DNA of 56,293 bases. Origin: Chara braunii (Eukaryota; Plantae; Charophyceae). The DNA lies in assembly GCA_003427395.1 (NCBI GenBank), contig BFEA01000002.1, positions 6,530,730-6,587,022 of the forward strand, written 5' to 3'. A program made the position numbers and the translations under genes. Below the pieces are notes generated by a model. That model had not been told where the DNA came from. It made no database searches and was given only the letters and a program-made list of their open reading frames with translations. This document shows, in pieces, positions 11,104 to 23,614 of this stretch (position 1 is the stretch's first letter; every line of letters starts with the position of its first letter).

Positions 11104-12780
11104 TTTGAAAGGATGTCATCGTCAACATTGAGGGAGCGAGGAACCCAAATAGGTTTGAATTGTCCTTGGGTACCGAGAAAGATAGACGCAATCCTTCTAA
11201 GGAGGTGGTTCATTATAAAATCGGGAGTCTTTTAGTTCTTAAGCAATGCAACTACCCCTGCATTAACCCCAACAATCTGAACTGCACCATCCTTGGATGA
11301 AAGGTTAAAGCATTTGCGAATGAAAGCTAGAGTGGACAGAACCCCAAATAACTCTCTGTACGCACTAGAAGTTGATAGTCAATTATCAGGAAGAGAGAAG
11401 CTTAATCTTTATTCCTTTCCTTGGTTGTCATAGATGATTGTTCCAATGGCATGGTCCGAGGCGTCAGTTTGAATGGTTAATTCGATAGGTTTGATCTTCC
11501 AACTTCTTCATGGAATGTGGAGAATGTTAGTTAACCACCAATTGAGGTCGTCTCTTGCTTTTTTTAAGAGAAGAATTAAGTCGTCCCATGCGTTGGGATT
11601 GTTGGTCTGGTGAAGATTGAAGCAAAAGGTTACCGTAACGACAGGTTAGAAGGCATTGGCGAGTGCAACCAATTTTCCAGCAATAGAAGAGATTTTCCTA
11701 CTTGAAACTGCAGGTTTTTATAATATTAGTTGGATGATTTTGCAAATTCTGAGTTTATTTCCTTCCGGAATTGTTGTTAGCTTTGGGTGAGAATCCATCT
11801 TGAACCCAATAAACTTTACGCATTGAGAAGGGAGAAAATAATATTTGTTTAGACTCAGAAAGAAGCCCAATTTGTGAAGGAGGCAAGTAAAAATGAAGGA
11901 TGACCAGAGACTGTTATTTGAACTAAGAGCGAGTCGTCAATGTAGGAGAAAATGCAGATGAATTTTGTCATGAGTTCTTGCATTACAATGGTAAAAATTC
12001 AACAAGCTTAAGAGATTCCAAAGCAAATAGTAGTGAAATGGAAGGTCTTGTTCTTCCATTCGAAAGTCGGGTACTCCGTAGACTTCTTGTTGACCTTGAT
12101 ATGATAGTATTCATTCTTAATATCATAAGAAGTGATGAAGTCTAATATAGGATTGGAAGAACATGCAGCTGACACATCGGAAATTGACTCATTATGATAG
12201 TGAAATTTGAAAAAAGAGATGAAGAGGATGACAAATCTTAAATCCATAATAAATTGTTTCTTGAGAGAACTTTCGATGATAAAGATTGCGTTAATGATAA
12301 TTGGTGATGAGGTCTTGCGAATTACTCCTTGACTAAGTAATCCTTCCAACGTAGAATCAACTTATCCTCAATGAGTAGATTATAAATAAAAAAACGGGTT
12401 GGGGGTGGTTTCTCCTCTCCCAGGACATCCTTGAATTCCTGAGTAGTCATCAAATTCCTAACCATCCTCCAAACCTCCACTATCTTAGAAGGCTCGTTGT
12501 GAAGAGTTCCCTCAAACTTTAAACTGACGTCATTCATGATCCAATTGAGAACAATTCTTAAATCCTTCCTGTTTGATTCTTCCAACAATTCGTTCCATTC
12601 TCTCCTCCTCTCCGAGAGTGAGGCGACCTTGGATTCTTCGGGTTGGTTGAGCCATTCTTGGGCTTTTGATAATAAGTTGAGAGCGCATGCAACTTCGGAA
12701 GGGGAGGGTGAATGATTAAATAAAGAAATCAAGTGCTTGATAGGTGGTAGTTGCTCAGCCGTTATACGACCTCCTTTCAT
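11104..12780 (-). pseudogene. DIRS-type reverse transcriptase and RNase H; heavily disrupted
   Basis: FIMDLR, YDIKNEYYHIKV, FEWKNKTFHFTTICFGIS, FSYIDD (YIDD at 11933-11944), IQTDASDHAIG, STSSAYREL. Confidence 0.85.
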
Positions 12781-13500
12781 CGTTCCTCCCGAAGTCCTGA
12801 AACTTGAAATTTTGCTTGGAGTGCTGCTGGTTCTTGTCCTTTTTGTGGGAATGGTCTCTTGATTGCCTGCAATAAGAGAAATTTGCCTTTAGATTAGTTA
12901 ACTCACCTTGGTGTAGGTAATCGTAGGTTCTACCGGAAAAAGTCGACGGGCATATATGATTGTCCTAAAAACCCCTTCTATTGGATGAATGATACTCCAT
13001 ATTGTGTTTTTTTTTTTTTTTTCACGGCCTTGTACTCTCTGTTGCTCCAAGCTCTGAGGATCTTTGGCAATACCTTTATTGATGTGAATAATTGTATCTT
13101 GGTTAACCATTCCCTGACCTTAGGAGCACACAATGAGTCACAAAGTCGTCTAGAAATACGGTTACTCTCGTTAGCGAAGGCCTTAGACTCATCCTTCCCG
13201 ACCCCATATTGGGTATAGGCCAAATGAACCATCTTAGCTCTAATAATCAAATCTATATATCTGCTCCAGGGGGGAACTTGGTAGATCCGATGCAGCCAAT
13301 CCACCTCAATTGTTGCAGCTTCACATTTCGGGGTTAGTTATTGGATGATCTTAAGGAACAATGAGTTGATCCTTGCTTCATCTGCTGCATTCATATCGTT
13401 CATATCCAGATCCTCACTATTCGAGTCTGAATGATTACTCGAATGCCTTCTTCTGAGATATTTGGGCTTTCGTCTTCTCGTGAGAGCAGTCCTTTGAACT
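12781..13500 (-). pseudogene. Probable gag-like ORF remnant of the DIRS element
   Basis: Broken reading frames (e.g. 12978-13304) directly upstream of RT on the same strand with the same composition. No diagnostic motif. Confidence 0.35.
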
Positions 13501-13921
13501 GAAGTTTCAAGGTCACTTTCTGTGAGAGATGTTTAATGAAAGACCAAAAATTCGGGTTTTTTCGCCGCATCACTACAAGCAATGTCGTCGAAAATTTTGC
13601 GAACAAACTATGGAAGCTTATAATACAAACACCACCTATTAACCACAAGTGGGGCTGGGGGGTTGCCCAACTTTTGTGCTTGTGACTGCTGTCTGGTCCA
13701 AGTTGCCCTCAATATTGGTAGGGTGGTGGTCCTGAGTGCTGGTCACGCTGAGGTAGGATAGTAGGGATTGGGGGTGCACTGGAAGTATTAGCATGGGGAA
13801 GGGTAGGGAAGGTGGCATATCCTGTAAGGACAACCATCGGCTGCCGCTGCCAGCGATCACCGTGAGTCTAGTCCTTGACCTCTACAAAAAAAGAAAAAAA
13901 AAAGGTGGGAGTGTTAATCCA

Positions 13922-14275
13922 GCGACATAGCTCAATTGGTTAGGCACACAAGTGACATTCAGGAGGTCGTGGGTTCAATCCCCATGGCCACCTATGGCAC
14001 TCTTGGTGCCAACCACCTAATCCTCCAAGTCGGTAACAGTAAGGTCTTCGGCCAACATGGGTGTGTGTGCATGTGAGGTTGGGTTGCATGTGGTGTGTGG
14101 GAGAGTGTTGGATTTATACACTACTGCTACTCTATGGGGTTGGGGGAATATGAAAAAGGAGGCATATTTACTGTCAAATGCTCGGTCCTTGGTTAGCCAG
14201 GGCCCCATTGGCAGCTCCAACCCTGCAGGCAAACATGGAGAGAGGTAGAAAGCTATGCTTGCAGGGGTCACCTAT
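13922..14275 (+). mobile_element. tRNA-derived SINE-like element
   Basis: A box TAGCTCAATTGG and B box GGTTCAATCCC with intact T-stem but unpaired acceptor stem. Head is similar to 28057-28125. 3' boundary uncertain. Confidence 0.6.
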
Positions 14276-14952
14276 ATAGCCTTAAAATTTTTTTTTTTAT
14301 TATTATTTTTTCCTAATGTTGGTAGTGAAAAAAAAAAGAAAAAAAAGATATGTTCCATGACATGGCAAAACGCCAGTTAAAAATATGTGAGGTGAAAGAC
14401 AAATATATGGTTGTCCCCCAATGAGGAGAAGGCAGCTTCTCTATACTCTTAAAGATTGCAAAGGGCCCAGCGTGACGCTTCCCGCTTGGCCCAGTGAAAT
14501 TCAGTGCGGCCGCGGGCTGGACTGGGCAAGGGAAGAAATCAATGGCGGCTTTTTGCGGAGGGACTGCGGGCGGGACTGGGGGTGGCAGCGTTGCGTGGTG
14601 GCTGCATGTGGGCCTGTGTGCGTATCGACCGTGCGAGAGTGCTGTGTGGCCCTGCGTTTTTTTTCTTCTTTGGGCCGTGGTGTAGGGCCCGGGCGAGACA
14701 AACGACGTTATCTGAGCGCTCTTTTGCGGCGATCTACGGTGGTTGTATGCGCAGTGCAGTGCGTGGGGTCTGACGCGGCGCCGGGGTGGTAGCCGGGTGC
14801 GGATTGTGGGAGTGTTGTGGGCGAGCGTCGCGAGTGCCGTGTTTGAGCTATGGCGCGATTGTCAGCGGGGCGTCGTGCGACATCGATCGGCAACGATGCG
14901 TGCTCGTGCGGGCAGTGTGCGCGGTGGGGGAGTGGGGCGAACCTAAAGACGC

Positions 14953-15633
14953 TATCTGAAGTTTTTCTCACTTTTTCAACCATTCTGCTCTTCTCCTTTC
15001 CCAATAGATGTCGGATAAAGGATCTCTTCCTATATGTTATTCTGCCTCCTCTATCCTTTGTTGACACTCTTGCTCCTCCTTATTTCTCTCCCTGACCAAG
15101 ATCCTTGAAAACACATCTAGTGCTCTAGTTACCATTTTGAACCCCAGATATGTTCATTCCTCTTCCGACTCGAACCAACTCTTAGTTTTTGTCCAATCTT
15201 CCCAGTGCTTTCTGCACAACTCGACCACTGCCAGGTTTTTCATGTGTTCTGTATTCAAACGGAATATGCATGTGTCCATTCTGATTCCTGCATTGGTGGT
15301 TAGTGTTGCCAAGATTAGACGATGATCGAACATCGGAGATGGCCCTGTTTCTGCACTGGTTATTGCCTCCCACGACTCTCCTTTAACCAACATCAGGTCA
15401 AGCCTCCATCTGGGAGGTTCAACATTCTGTTGTTGTTGCGTAGACAACCAGGTAAATCCATGCACATTTGGATGAATCTGTCTGAACGCATCCGTCAGAT
15501 CTTGCTCCGCCATGAACTGCAACAACATCCATGCGTCCGTTTTCCTCACCTCCGGTTCCTGAGAGTCCACACCTGGTTTCAAAATTGTATTAAAGTCCCC
15601 CGCAACCACCATGTTCTGTGTATCTGGGACAAT
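14953..15633 (-). pseudogene. LINE-A ORF2: C-terminal half of APE endonuclease plus linker; 3'-truncated
   Basis: VVAGDFN, DAFRQIHP, FTW, RLDLML, FDHR. Linker LDVFSRILVRERNK matches LINE-B LNVFSHILAANRNK. Confidence 0.88.
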
Positions 15634-15860
15634 CTATGAATCCCCCGCAGCCGTGAGGCCGCGGTCATGACCGCAGCGACCACGGTCTTCGGCGGCCCGC
15701 CGCGGCCGAGGGGAGAGGGGGATGGGGAATGGGGTTGCATATTAGGGTTCCGGAACCCCGACCCCAACCCCTTGAACAAAAAAATTAAAAAAAATATTTT
15801 GGGGGGGGTGATTTTTGGTGTGTGAAAAACAAAATAAAAAAAATAAAAATAAAAAAAATA

Positions 15861-15904
15861 TTGATTGATTGATTGATAGATTGATAGATTGATTGATTGA
15901 TTGG

Positions 15905-15999
<95 letters not shown>

Positions 16000-16009
16000 A
16001 TTGATTAAT

Positions 16010-16074
<65 letters not shown>

Positions 16075-16086
16075 AATTGATTGATT
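15861..16086. repeat. (TTGA)n tetranucleotide microsatellite
   Basis: Direct reading. Confidence 0.97.
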
Positions 16087-16435
16087 GGTGGGGGAGGGGT
16101 CCTCCCTCCCCTCCCCCCCTCGGCACACACACACGTACACACACACACACACACACACACAAAATCAGTTTTATATATGTTGTTCTTTCTTTTGTTGTCT
16201 TTCATTCCCTTGTTTTTTTCCTGAAGTTTTTTTTGTGTGCCCAACTGAGCACCCTTAAGTAGTGTCAAGCAGTCGGTGGTTCCTCGTTTGGAGTGCCTAC
16301 TGCACTCTTACGGGGGCTGCTCGGTTCGGGATGTCTGTGTTGCCTGTCGGTGATGACAGATGTTTGTCGAAGTTACTCGCTGGCATAGTGGGTGGTGGGA
16401 ACCAATAGGCTGCGGGGTTCAATCATGATGTGAGT

Positions 16436-18428
16436 AGGTCATGTGCTGCTTTGCTCCATGTTGGATGTGTGAACATCCTCGTCTGCGCTCCGCCACTGCC
16501 CTGCTGCCTGTCCCGCTTGCTTCGTGTGTGGTTCTTTGCAGGTTGATGGGTTCGCTGTACGGTGTGGCCGTGTTGTTAGTGTTGCCTTGTGCTTTGCTGC
16601 TCCGTTGCCGTGCTGCTCATTCGTTGGCTGTGCCTTCCGTGCTTACCGCTTGTGTGCCCTGTAGGTTGGTTGCCTTGTTGCTGGTGCCTTGTGCTCCGCT
16701 CCACGATTGCCCAACTGCTGGTTCACTCGCCCTGTCGCCGCCTACAGTGTTGTTGCCTTGCTTGTGTTGCCTTGCTTGTGTTGCCTTGTGCTTCACTACA
16801 CGGCTGCCGCGCTGCGTGCCATGTCGTTCCTTGCAGTCGTTTTTGGCGTGGTGCAGCCGTGTTGCCTCTACTGTGTTGCCTGGTGCTTCACAAGGTTGCT
16901 GCCCGCTGCTATGTTCCTCTTGGGAATAATATGCCTTCAACAAAGGTCTAAGGGTTCATGACCCAAACCATCAAATACGGGGATTCCGTAGATTGTCGAG
17001 GGTTCAGCCTCCTGATGAGTCGGTGCAACTCCGATGAAANNNNNNNNNNNNNNNNNNNNNNNNNNNNNNNNNNNNNNNNNNNNNNNNNNNNNNNNNNNNN
17101 NNNNNNNNNNNNNNNNNNNNNNNNNNNNNNNNNNNNNNNNNNNNNNNNNNNNNNNNNNNNNNNNNNNNNNNNNNNNNNNNNNNNNNNNNNNNNNNNNNNN
17201 NNNNNNNNNNNNNNNNNNNNNNNNNNNNNNNNNNNNNNNNNNNNNNNNNNNNNNNNNNNNNNNNNNNNNNNNNNNNNNNNNNNNNNNNNNNNNNNNNNNN
17301 NNNNNNNNNNNNNNNNNNNNNNNNNNNNNNNNNNNNNNNNNNNNNNNNNNNNNNNNNNNNNNNNNNNNNNNNNNNNNNNNNNNNNNNNNNNNNNNNNNNN
17401 NNNNNNNNNNNNNNNNNNNNNNNNNNNNNNNNNNNNNNNNNNNNNNNNNNNNNNNNNNNNNNNNNNNNNNNNNNNNNNNNNNNNNNNNNNNNNNNNNNNN
17501 NNNNNNNNNNNNNNNNNNNNNNNNNNNNNNNNNNNNNNNNNNNNNNNNNNNNNNNNNNNNNNNNNNNNNNNNNNNNNNNNNNNNNNNNNNNNNNNNNNNN
17601 NNNNNNNNNNNNNNNNNNNNNNNNNNNNNNNNNNNNNNNNNNNNNNNNNNNNNNNNNNNNNNNNNNNNNNNNNNNNNNNNNNNNNNNNNNNNNNNNNNNN
17701 NNNNNNNNNNNNNNNNNNNNNNNNNNNNNNNNNNNNNNNNNNNNNNNNNNNNNNNNNNNNNNNNNNNNNNNNNNNNNNNNNNNNNNNNNNNNNNNNNNNN
17801 NNNNNNNNNNNNNNNNNNNNNNNNNNNNNNNNNNNNNNNNNNNNNNNNNNNNAGGTCATGTGCTGCTTTGCTCCGTGTTGGATGTGTGGACGTCCTCGTC
17901 TGCGCTCCGCCGCTGCCCTGCTGCCTGTCTCGCTTGCTTCGCGTGTGGTTCTTTGCGGGTTGATGTGTTCGCTGTGTATTGTGGCCGTGTTGTTGGTGTT
18001 GCCTTGCGCTTTGTTGCTCCGCTGCCATGCTGCTCATCCATTGGCCGTGCCTTCCGTGCTTGCCGCTTGTGTCCCCTGTAGGTTGGTTGCCTTGTTGCTG
18101 GTACCTTGTGCTCCGCTCCACGGTTGCCCAGCTGTTGGGTCACTCACCCTGTCGTCCCCTGCAGTGTTGTTGCCTTGCTTGTGTTGCATTGTGCTTCACT
18201 ACACGGTTGCCGCGCTGCATGCCATATCGTTCCTTGCAGTCGTTTTTGGCATTGTGCAGTCGTGTTGCCTCTACTGTGTTGGTTGGTGCTTCACAGGGTT
18301 GTTGCCCGCTGCTATGTTCCTCTTGGGGACAGTCTGCCTTCAACAAGGGTCAAAGGGTTTATGACCCAAACCATCAAATACGGGGATTCCGCAGATTGTC
18401 GAGGGTTCAACCTCCTGATGAGTTCGGT
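16436..18428 (+). repeat. Diverged direct repeat (16436-17039 and 17853-18428) flanking an N gap, each copy ending in a hammerhead core
   Basis: Co-linear copies with many scattered substitutions and a short indel. Confidence 0.9.
16989..17039 (+). ncRNA. Type III hammerhead ribozyme (3' strand of stem III hidden in the gap)
   Basis: TAGATT-GTC-GAGG(gttcag)CCTC-CTGATGA-GTCGG(tgcaact)CCGAT-GAAA-then N. Stems I and II are closed by loops. Confidence 0.8.
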
Positions 18429-19145
18429 CTGTGTCTTTTTGTCATACTTAGTTCTTTGGTTGCTACTTTTGCCTTGCTGCTGTTTGGCTCCCTGTTGTTT
18501 CCCTGCTGCTTTGGGTTGTTTGTCTCCCCGCCTGCCTCCACCATGCCTTCCCTTACCTTGTGTTGTTTGCCATGTTACGTGCTGCTTGTTTGCTTCCCCC
18601 ACCTCCCCCGTGCCCTCCAGCCTTCGTCCGGTTGATTTTCATCACAGTGCCTCCCTGCCTTGCCAGTGTGTTGTTCGCCCCGTGCCTTCCTTCGCCCGCT
18701 GCTTGTTCATCATAGTGCCTCCTTGCCTTGCCAGTGTGCTGTTCCCACTGTGTGTCTATCCACTCGCCTTGCCTTTGCCCTCGAGCCTGTGTCTATGTCT
18801 TCTGTGGGTACTTCTTGTTTCTTAGCTCGCTGTCTTTGCTTCGTCTTATCGTGTTTTTGTGCCCGCCCGCCTCCCAGGTGCCCTCCAGCCTATGTGTTTT
18901 GTTGTTGATTGTCATCTCCGTGCCTCGTACGTCTCCTCGGTGTGCATTACCTCCTGTTTGCTGCTTCCTGCCTCTCCCCATGTTCTAGTCTGTTTGGCTT
19001 CAACAGTAGGGCATTCAACTTTTCTTTATTTGCTTGTTTTGGTCATGCCATATGAAGTGGACAATTTATTTTTCTGGTATGTTTCTTGACGTGCCTTTTC
19101 TGCGCAGCTCGCCGCGTCGACTGACGTGGGGGTTTGGTAACAATA

Positions 19146-19176
<31 letters not shown>

Positions 19177-20444
19177 AACACACACATATATGTACATAGA
19201 TATTGGTAATTTCCTAGGTATCGATGGATTTCTTAATGTCAAAGGGAGTAGAGGAATAATATAGGGAAATGTTTATACATATTTTTTGGTAATTCTCATA
19301 ATAGCCCTTCAGAACCAAAGGTAAAAAACGGTTGGTACCCGCTGCAGCCTATCTTGCCTTTTTTTAAAACTACCCTCCCAAAAATCGGTTTTTACGGATC
19401 CTTCAAGGGACTTCACATCACCCTGGTCTTGAGTGAAAAATCCGTTCAGACCCCATTTACCCCATCCGAACGCTGAAAAGTGCACCGTGGTACCCGTTTC
19501 ACTTGGAGGCCCATGGAAACTGATCTCCGCGTGCCAGTGAGAGTTTTTTTTTTTTTTTTTTTTGGGACCACGCACGGGTCTTTGTCAAGTAATATATATT
19601 GGGAGGAAGGGAATGTACTCCTCTTTCTGAACGCTGAGGACGGTAGTCGATCCCTCTCGTACGATACTCTATCGTCCGAAGGATCGCCTGCCGCTCCTCT
19701 GCAGTATGAATGTGGCACAAGGTTCGATGCGCTTGAGTTGTGGCTATCGGTGAACACTGGGAGTTAGGCAGTCGAGCGAAAAAGGTGGATCGCCTGCTGA
19801 AGGGAGTCATCCTCAAGCTACTGCATCTGCGCATGTTCGTGGTCGTGGGTAACGCTCGAGCGGAATGTGTAGTCGTGAGTGGGGTTGCTGCACATCGCTG
19901 GGGTAGCAGGGCTGCATCACTCATGAGGGGCTGGTGAAGGTGTCTTGGGTTGCTGGTGTGTATCGCCCTTTTGCCATGCCCATGCCGACTATTCAGTACG
20001 ACGGACTCTGGTGTTGAGCGGTGCTAGCTGGTGCGGAGTGAGTAGATCACTGCTTCTGGATGCCTTGATTGTGCATGTGAGCGCGGGTTATTTCCCCACG
20101 AGGGTGGTGCGTCTTCTTTGCGGAATTGGATCGCTACCTGCGTCAATCTACCATGGTTGCCTAAGAGGTAGCTGGAAACCTACCTTGATCCATACGGTGG
20201 AGGATCTTCGTCAGCACACTTTTCGCCCCACCTGGGAACGACGTGGTCACCTGGAAACGACGTGGTCTCTCGGTAATCGATTATGGCAGCCTCGGCTTCC
20301 AAACCCCCATCGGTAATAACGTCTTGATCTCCTACCCCCCACCCACCCACCCCCTCCACCCCACGCTCCCTCTACCCCTTTAGGTTGTTTATGTTTTTAC
20401 ATAGATAATCTTTTCCCTTCCGGAGCGATAACCAAAGGACTATT

Positions 20445-20492
20445 TCCCCTGATGAACTAGTTCTACAGATACTAGTGAAAAAACTTTAGGGA
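20445..20492 (+). ncRNA. Minimal type I hammerhead ribozyme (orphan)
   Basis: TCCC-CTGATGA-ACTAGT(tctacagat)ACTAGT-GAAA-aaactt-TA-GGGA. Stem I 4 bp, stem II 6 bp, UUA cleavage triplet. Confidence 0.72.
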
Positions 20493-23219
20493 TTAATCTG
20501 TCAAACCCTTTTTTATGGTTTCGCCGACACTCGGGGTCGCTTGGCCGGATTCGGAAAATCTTTCTATGCCTGCTCTTCTCCCCCACATCTCCTCATTATT
20601 TCTGCTCACCTCTATATAAATATATATATTTGTACTATTGATTGTGTCAGTACATGGACACTACCTAACGGAATACGTGATTGCGGTTGTGTTGCGTGCT
20701 TGTTTGGTTTTGTCATAGGACTTGCTGGCCGACTCGAGGCTTTTGTAGGAGCATCTTGAAGTTCGTTCGTATGATTGCTGCTGTATGGATTTTGTAGCGT
20801 GTTCTTTGGGTCTAGTCACTCTACTCACGTTATTCCTGGCGTCATTGACCTTCCTCATATCCCTGGACAATATCCACCAGCATAATTCTACGTGTTGCTG
20901 CTTATTTGCCTCCAACACGTCCCTCCTTATTACGGTGGTTCGCAAGTGTCCTCTTAGCTCGTAACCATGACCTTTCTCTTGTCACGTCCATCCTTCCTCT
21001 TCCTTTCGGTAGTGGCGATATTTGCAATCTTAGTTGCTTTCTTTGTTTTTTCCTTATCTAGTGAGACCTATACCTCCACCCTGGACGTCCATATGTCTCA
21101 ATACCTGCTTAATCCCCTCACCTCTCCGCAGACACCTTACCGCTCCCCCACCCTTCTGCTCCTGGCTTTGGCTGCTCTCGTCGCTGTTTTCTTCGTCTTC
21201 GTCTTATTCGTCGCCACAGTCATGTGCAAAAATACCAACCCACGGTTGGAAATCATATATCAGCTGCGTTGCATGAAAATTATTTCTCTAGCTCCCAGGA
21301 TTCTGCCGATAGAGTGAAGTACCTGCTATCATTTTGTGCGGTGATGGTTTAGTTAGGCAGTAGCTTTACTTGGATAGTATTTCACTCACACTCGTTTTGC
21401 TGCTCTGGTTTACCTTTGTCATCCCTGGGTGCGGCGTTTCATGTATTGGCAGATCTGTACTGCAACGTAGGCGAAATATTTTTTTTGAAGTTTAGTAAAA
21501 TTCGCCGAGATGTTACTTTTGACAGCCCCTCGATTCAGGATACATGTTGTTCTGTAGCCGAACCCTAGTGGAATCTGAACACATTTCTTTCCTGCTATCT
21601 TCTGCTATCTTTTTCGTTTTAAGTGTTTCTTGATGATTTCGAAGTTTTTCATCCTCGCCAATAAACGCACCAATGGAGGCAGGACATATCGAGGATCGAG
21701 AAATCGACTCTGTTTGGACTCTCTTTTGGTTCGTGAATCTTTGCAAAGAGATGAGAGGAGTGTTGCTGAAAACATTTCTTCAAATTCTGGGGGGTTATAG
21801 GCATTAGCTTGGGATATGAGGGAGGGCAAATCAATGTTAAGCTATGCTAGGCAAGCAGAAGCGGGAGTTTCATTGGTTGGTGGACGGGGGTTCGGGTCTA
21901 TATAGAGAACGGGGAGGTAACCAGTCGCTTTGAAGCTACGTGGGCAACGATGGATAAGATCTGAAATCTTCGGTCATGTCGACTTGTTGGGAGTCTGAAA
22001 GGAATTTTTTCTGACCTATTGATTCTCGGAAATCCATCCGCATATCATGTGTCTCAAACGTGTTAGCACAATTTCTTCTTCTTTTGCTTACGTAACTTGG
22101 TATGAATGGACAGAAAACGTAGTTGACTGTGTTTCATGACAATGGGAAATCCAAGGATGCTCAATTTCAGTCGAAAGTCACTCCCATCCCTTCTCTAATG
22201 ATTGTTGTCCCTCTCCAATCTATTCCCGCCGCATACGGGGGTTCGCTTTTTGCAACTCTTTTGCAAATACGTGAATGGTCTCTACCCAAACTCTGCTTGC
22301 ATATGAGTTCGAAGAGTCAATTACCTATCTCTTCGTAAAAATTGAATGGTTGGGATTCTGGAAGGTTTCTATACTGTCGCCCTCTTGGGATGCTAACTGT
22401 TTGCTAATCAGATGACGGAACACGCTATCCTTCCGCATTAATCAGTATTTGATAAGGTTGGGGGTACAATGGTGAAATGGATTGGCACATTATAATGGTA
22501 CTTCATATATATATATTTATAACCTTTTTTTATTTTTTCCTTTTTTATTTTCTCCTCTCATTTCAAAAATCCCCTTCACCCTGATACCACTTCCCCCCCT
22601 CGCCTTTGCCCTATCTCTATATCTTCTACTCTTTTGAGAATGAAGGATCTTCTTTGTGAAAATCCACGCTCCCTTGGCTTGAAAGACGGATTAAGGTCTG
22701 ACACGCATATGTAGGATATCACGTGGATCATTGGGAAGTTCATTCCATACTGGGTGTGCTCAGGGTTTTCAGCATCTAGCTTGTCGTGTTCTACTTTTTT
22801 CTAAAAACGCAGACTCGCTGTGCTGTCCAGCGCAGTGGACTCATCTCAACAAACACACACACACACACACACACACACGTACACACGCACACACGCACAC
22901 ACCAGCAATCAGAAAAAAAGAAAAAAGAAAAAAGTTCTTTTTTTTATTGTGTTGCTTTTGATTTTAATACTTGTTTTTGCGTTTTCTATTTTTTTTTAAA
23001 TCCCAAAAAGCATCAAAATCCAAAAAAAATATATGGGGATGTAGGGAATTTCAAACCCAACAACCCATATTCTTGTTTCTTTGTTTGACCTATTATCCTA
23101 TTTATTAAAAATCACGGTTTTTTTTTGTCGCGGTTGGCCCCCGTGGCTGCCCCCTGCGGGCATGACCATGACCACATGCGGTAAAATGGCCCGCGGTCAT
23201 GACCGCGGGTGATACGTAG

Positions 23220-23614
23220 GGGACAGCATGTTGCAGCTCTGAGAAGAGGGAACGTCTTAGTCAAGGGACCGAAGGTGCATACATAGACATTAATATGCAC
23301 TCCTGTTCTTCCATGCTGACTTTCATCTAGGCCCACTGTCCCCAGATGTCAATCATGGTGTCAAGGATTGTTAAGTCCTTGTGGATCAGGATCGCAGTAC
23401 CTCCTCACGAGCCGTTTGCAGGGGCCCATAGTTGGGGCCCGCTCCACCAGCGGGATGTTTTTGTTATCCTGGCTTCGTCCAGTTTAGTTTCTTGTAGGAA
23501 AACTATATGCGCTCTCTGGCGGTGGATCCATGTTTCCAGGCGTGCCTTTTTTAACTTCCTTGACATATCCACGAGGCCTCTAACGTTCCAGGTCGCTATC
23601 TGAATGCTATCCAT
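23220..23614 (-). pseudogene. LINE-A ORF2 N-terminus (APE endonuclease)
   Basis: MDSIQIATWNVRGL...IVFLQETKL...GGTAILIH...MYAP. Confidence 0.9.

Larger units (their letters stand above)
10250..13560 (-). mobile_element. Decayed DIRS-type tyrosine-recombinase retrotransposon (boundaries approximate)
   Basis: RT, RNase H and methyltransferase-like domains on the minus strand plus a YR fragment on the plus strand. Terminal repeats not identified. Confidence 0.8.
15634..23219. mobile_element. ~7.6-kb TIR-bounded insertion with an imperfect 8-bp target duplication, nested in LINE-A APE
   Basis: Removing it rejoins ...LFSELQHAVP|DTQNMVVAGDFN. Flanks GGGACAAT (15626-15633) and GGGACAGC (23220-23227). 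Imperfect TIRs CTATGAATCCCCCGC vs CTACGTATCACCCGC. GCGGTCATGACCGC palindromes at both ends. Confidence 0.78.

Noticed and set aside
13922-13990. Functional tRNA gene
   Set aside because: Acceptor and anticodon stems do not pair; better explained as a SINE head.
16441-18825. Cys/Leu-rich ORFs of 120-240 aa and ORFs spanning the N gap
   Set aside because: Products of TG-rich low-complexity repeats and runs of N; no domain signal.
16263-19142. TGTCA...TAACA as the ends of an LTR element around the type III hammerhead repeat
   Set aside because: Flanks (AGTAG vs ATATC) give no target duplication, so the boundaries remain unsupported.
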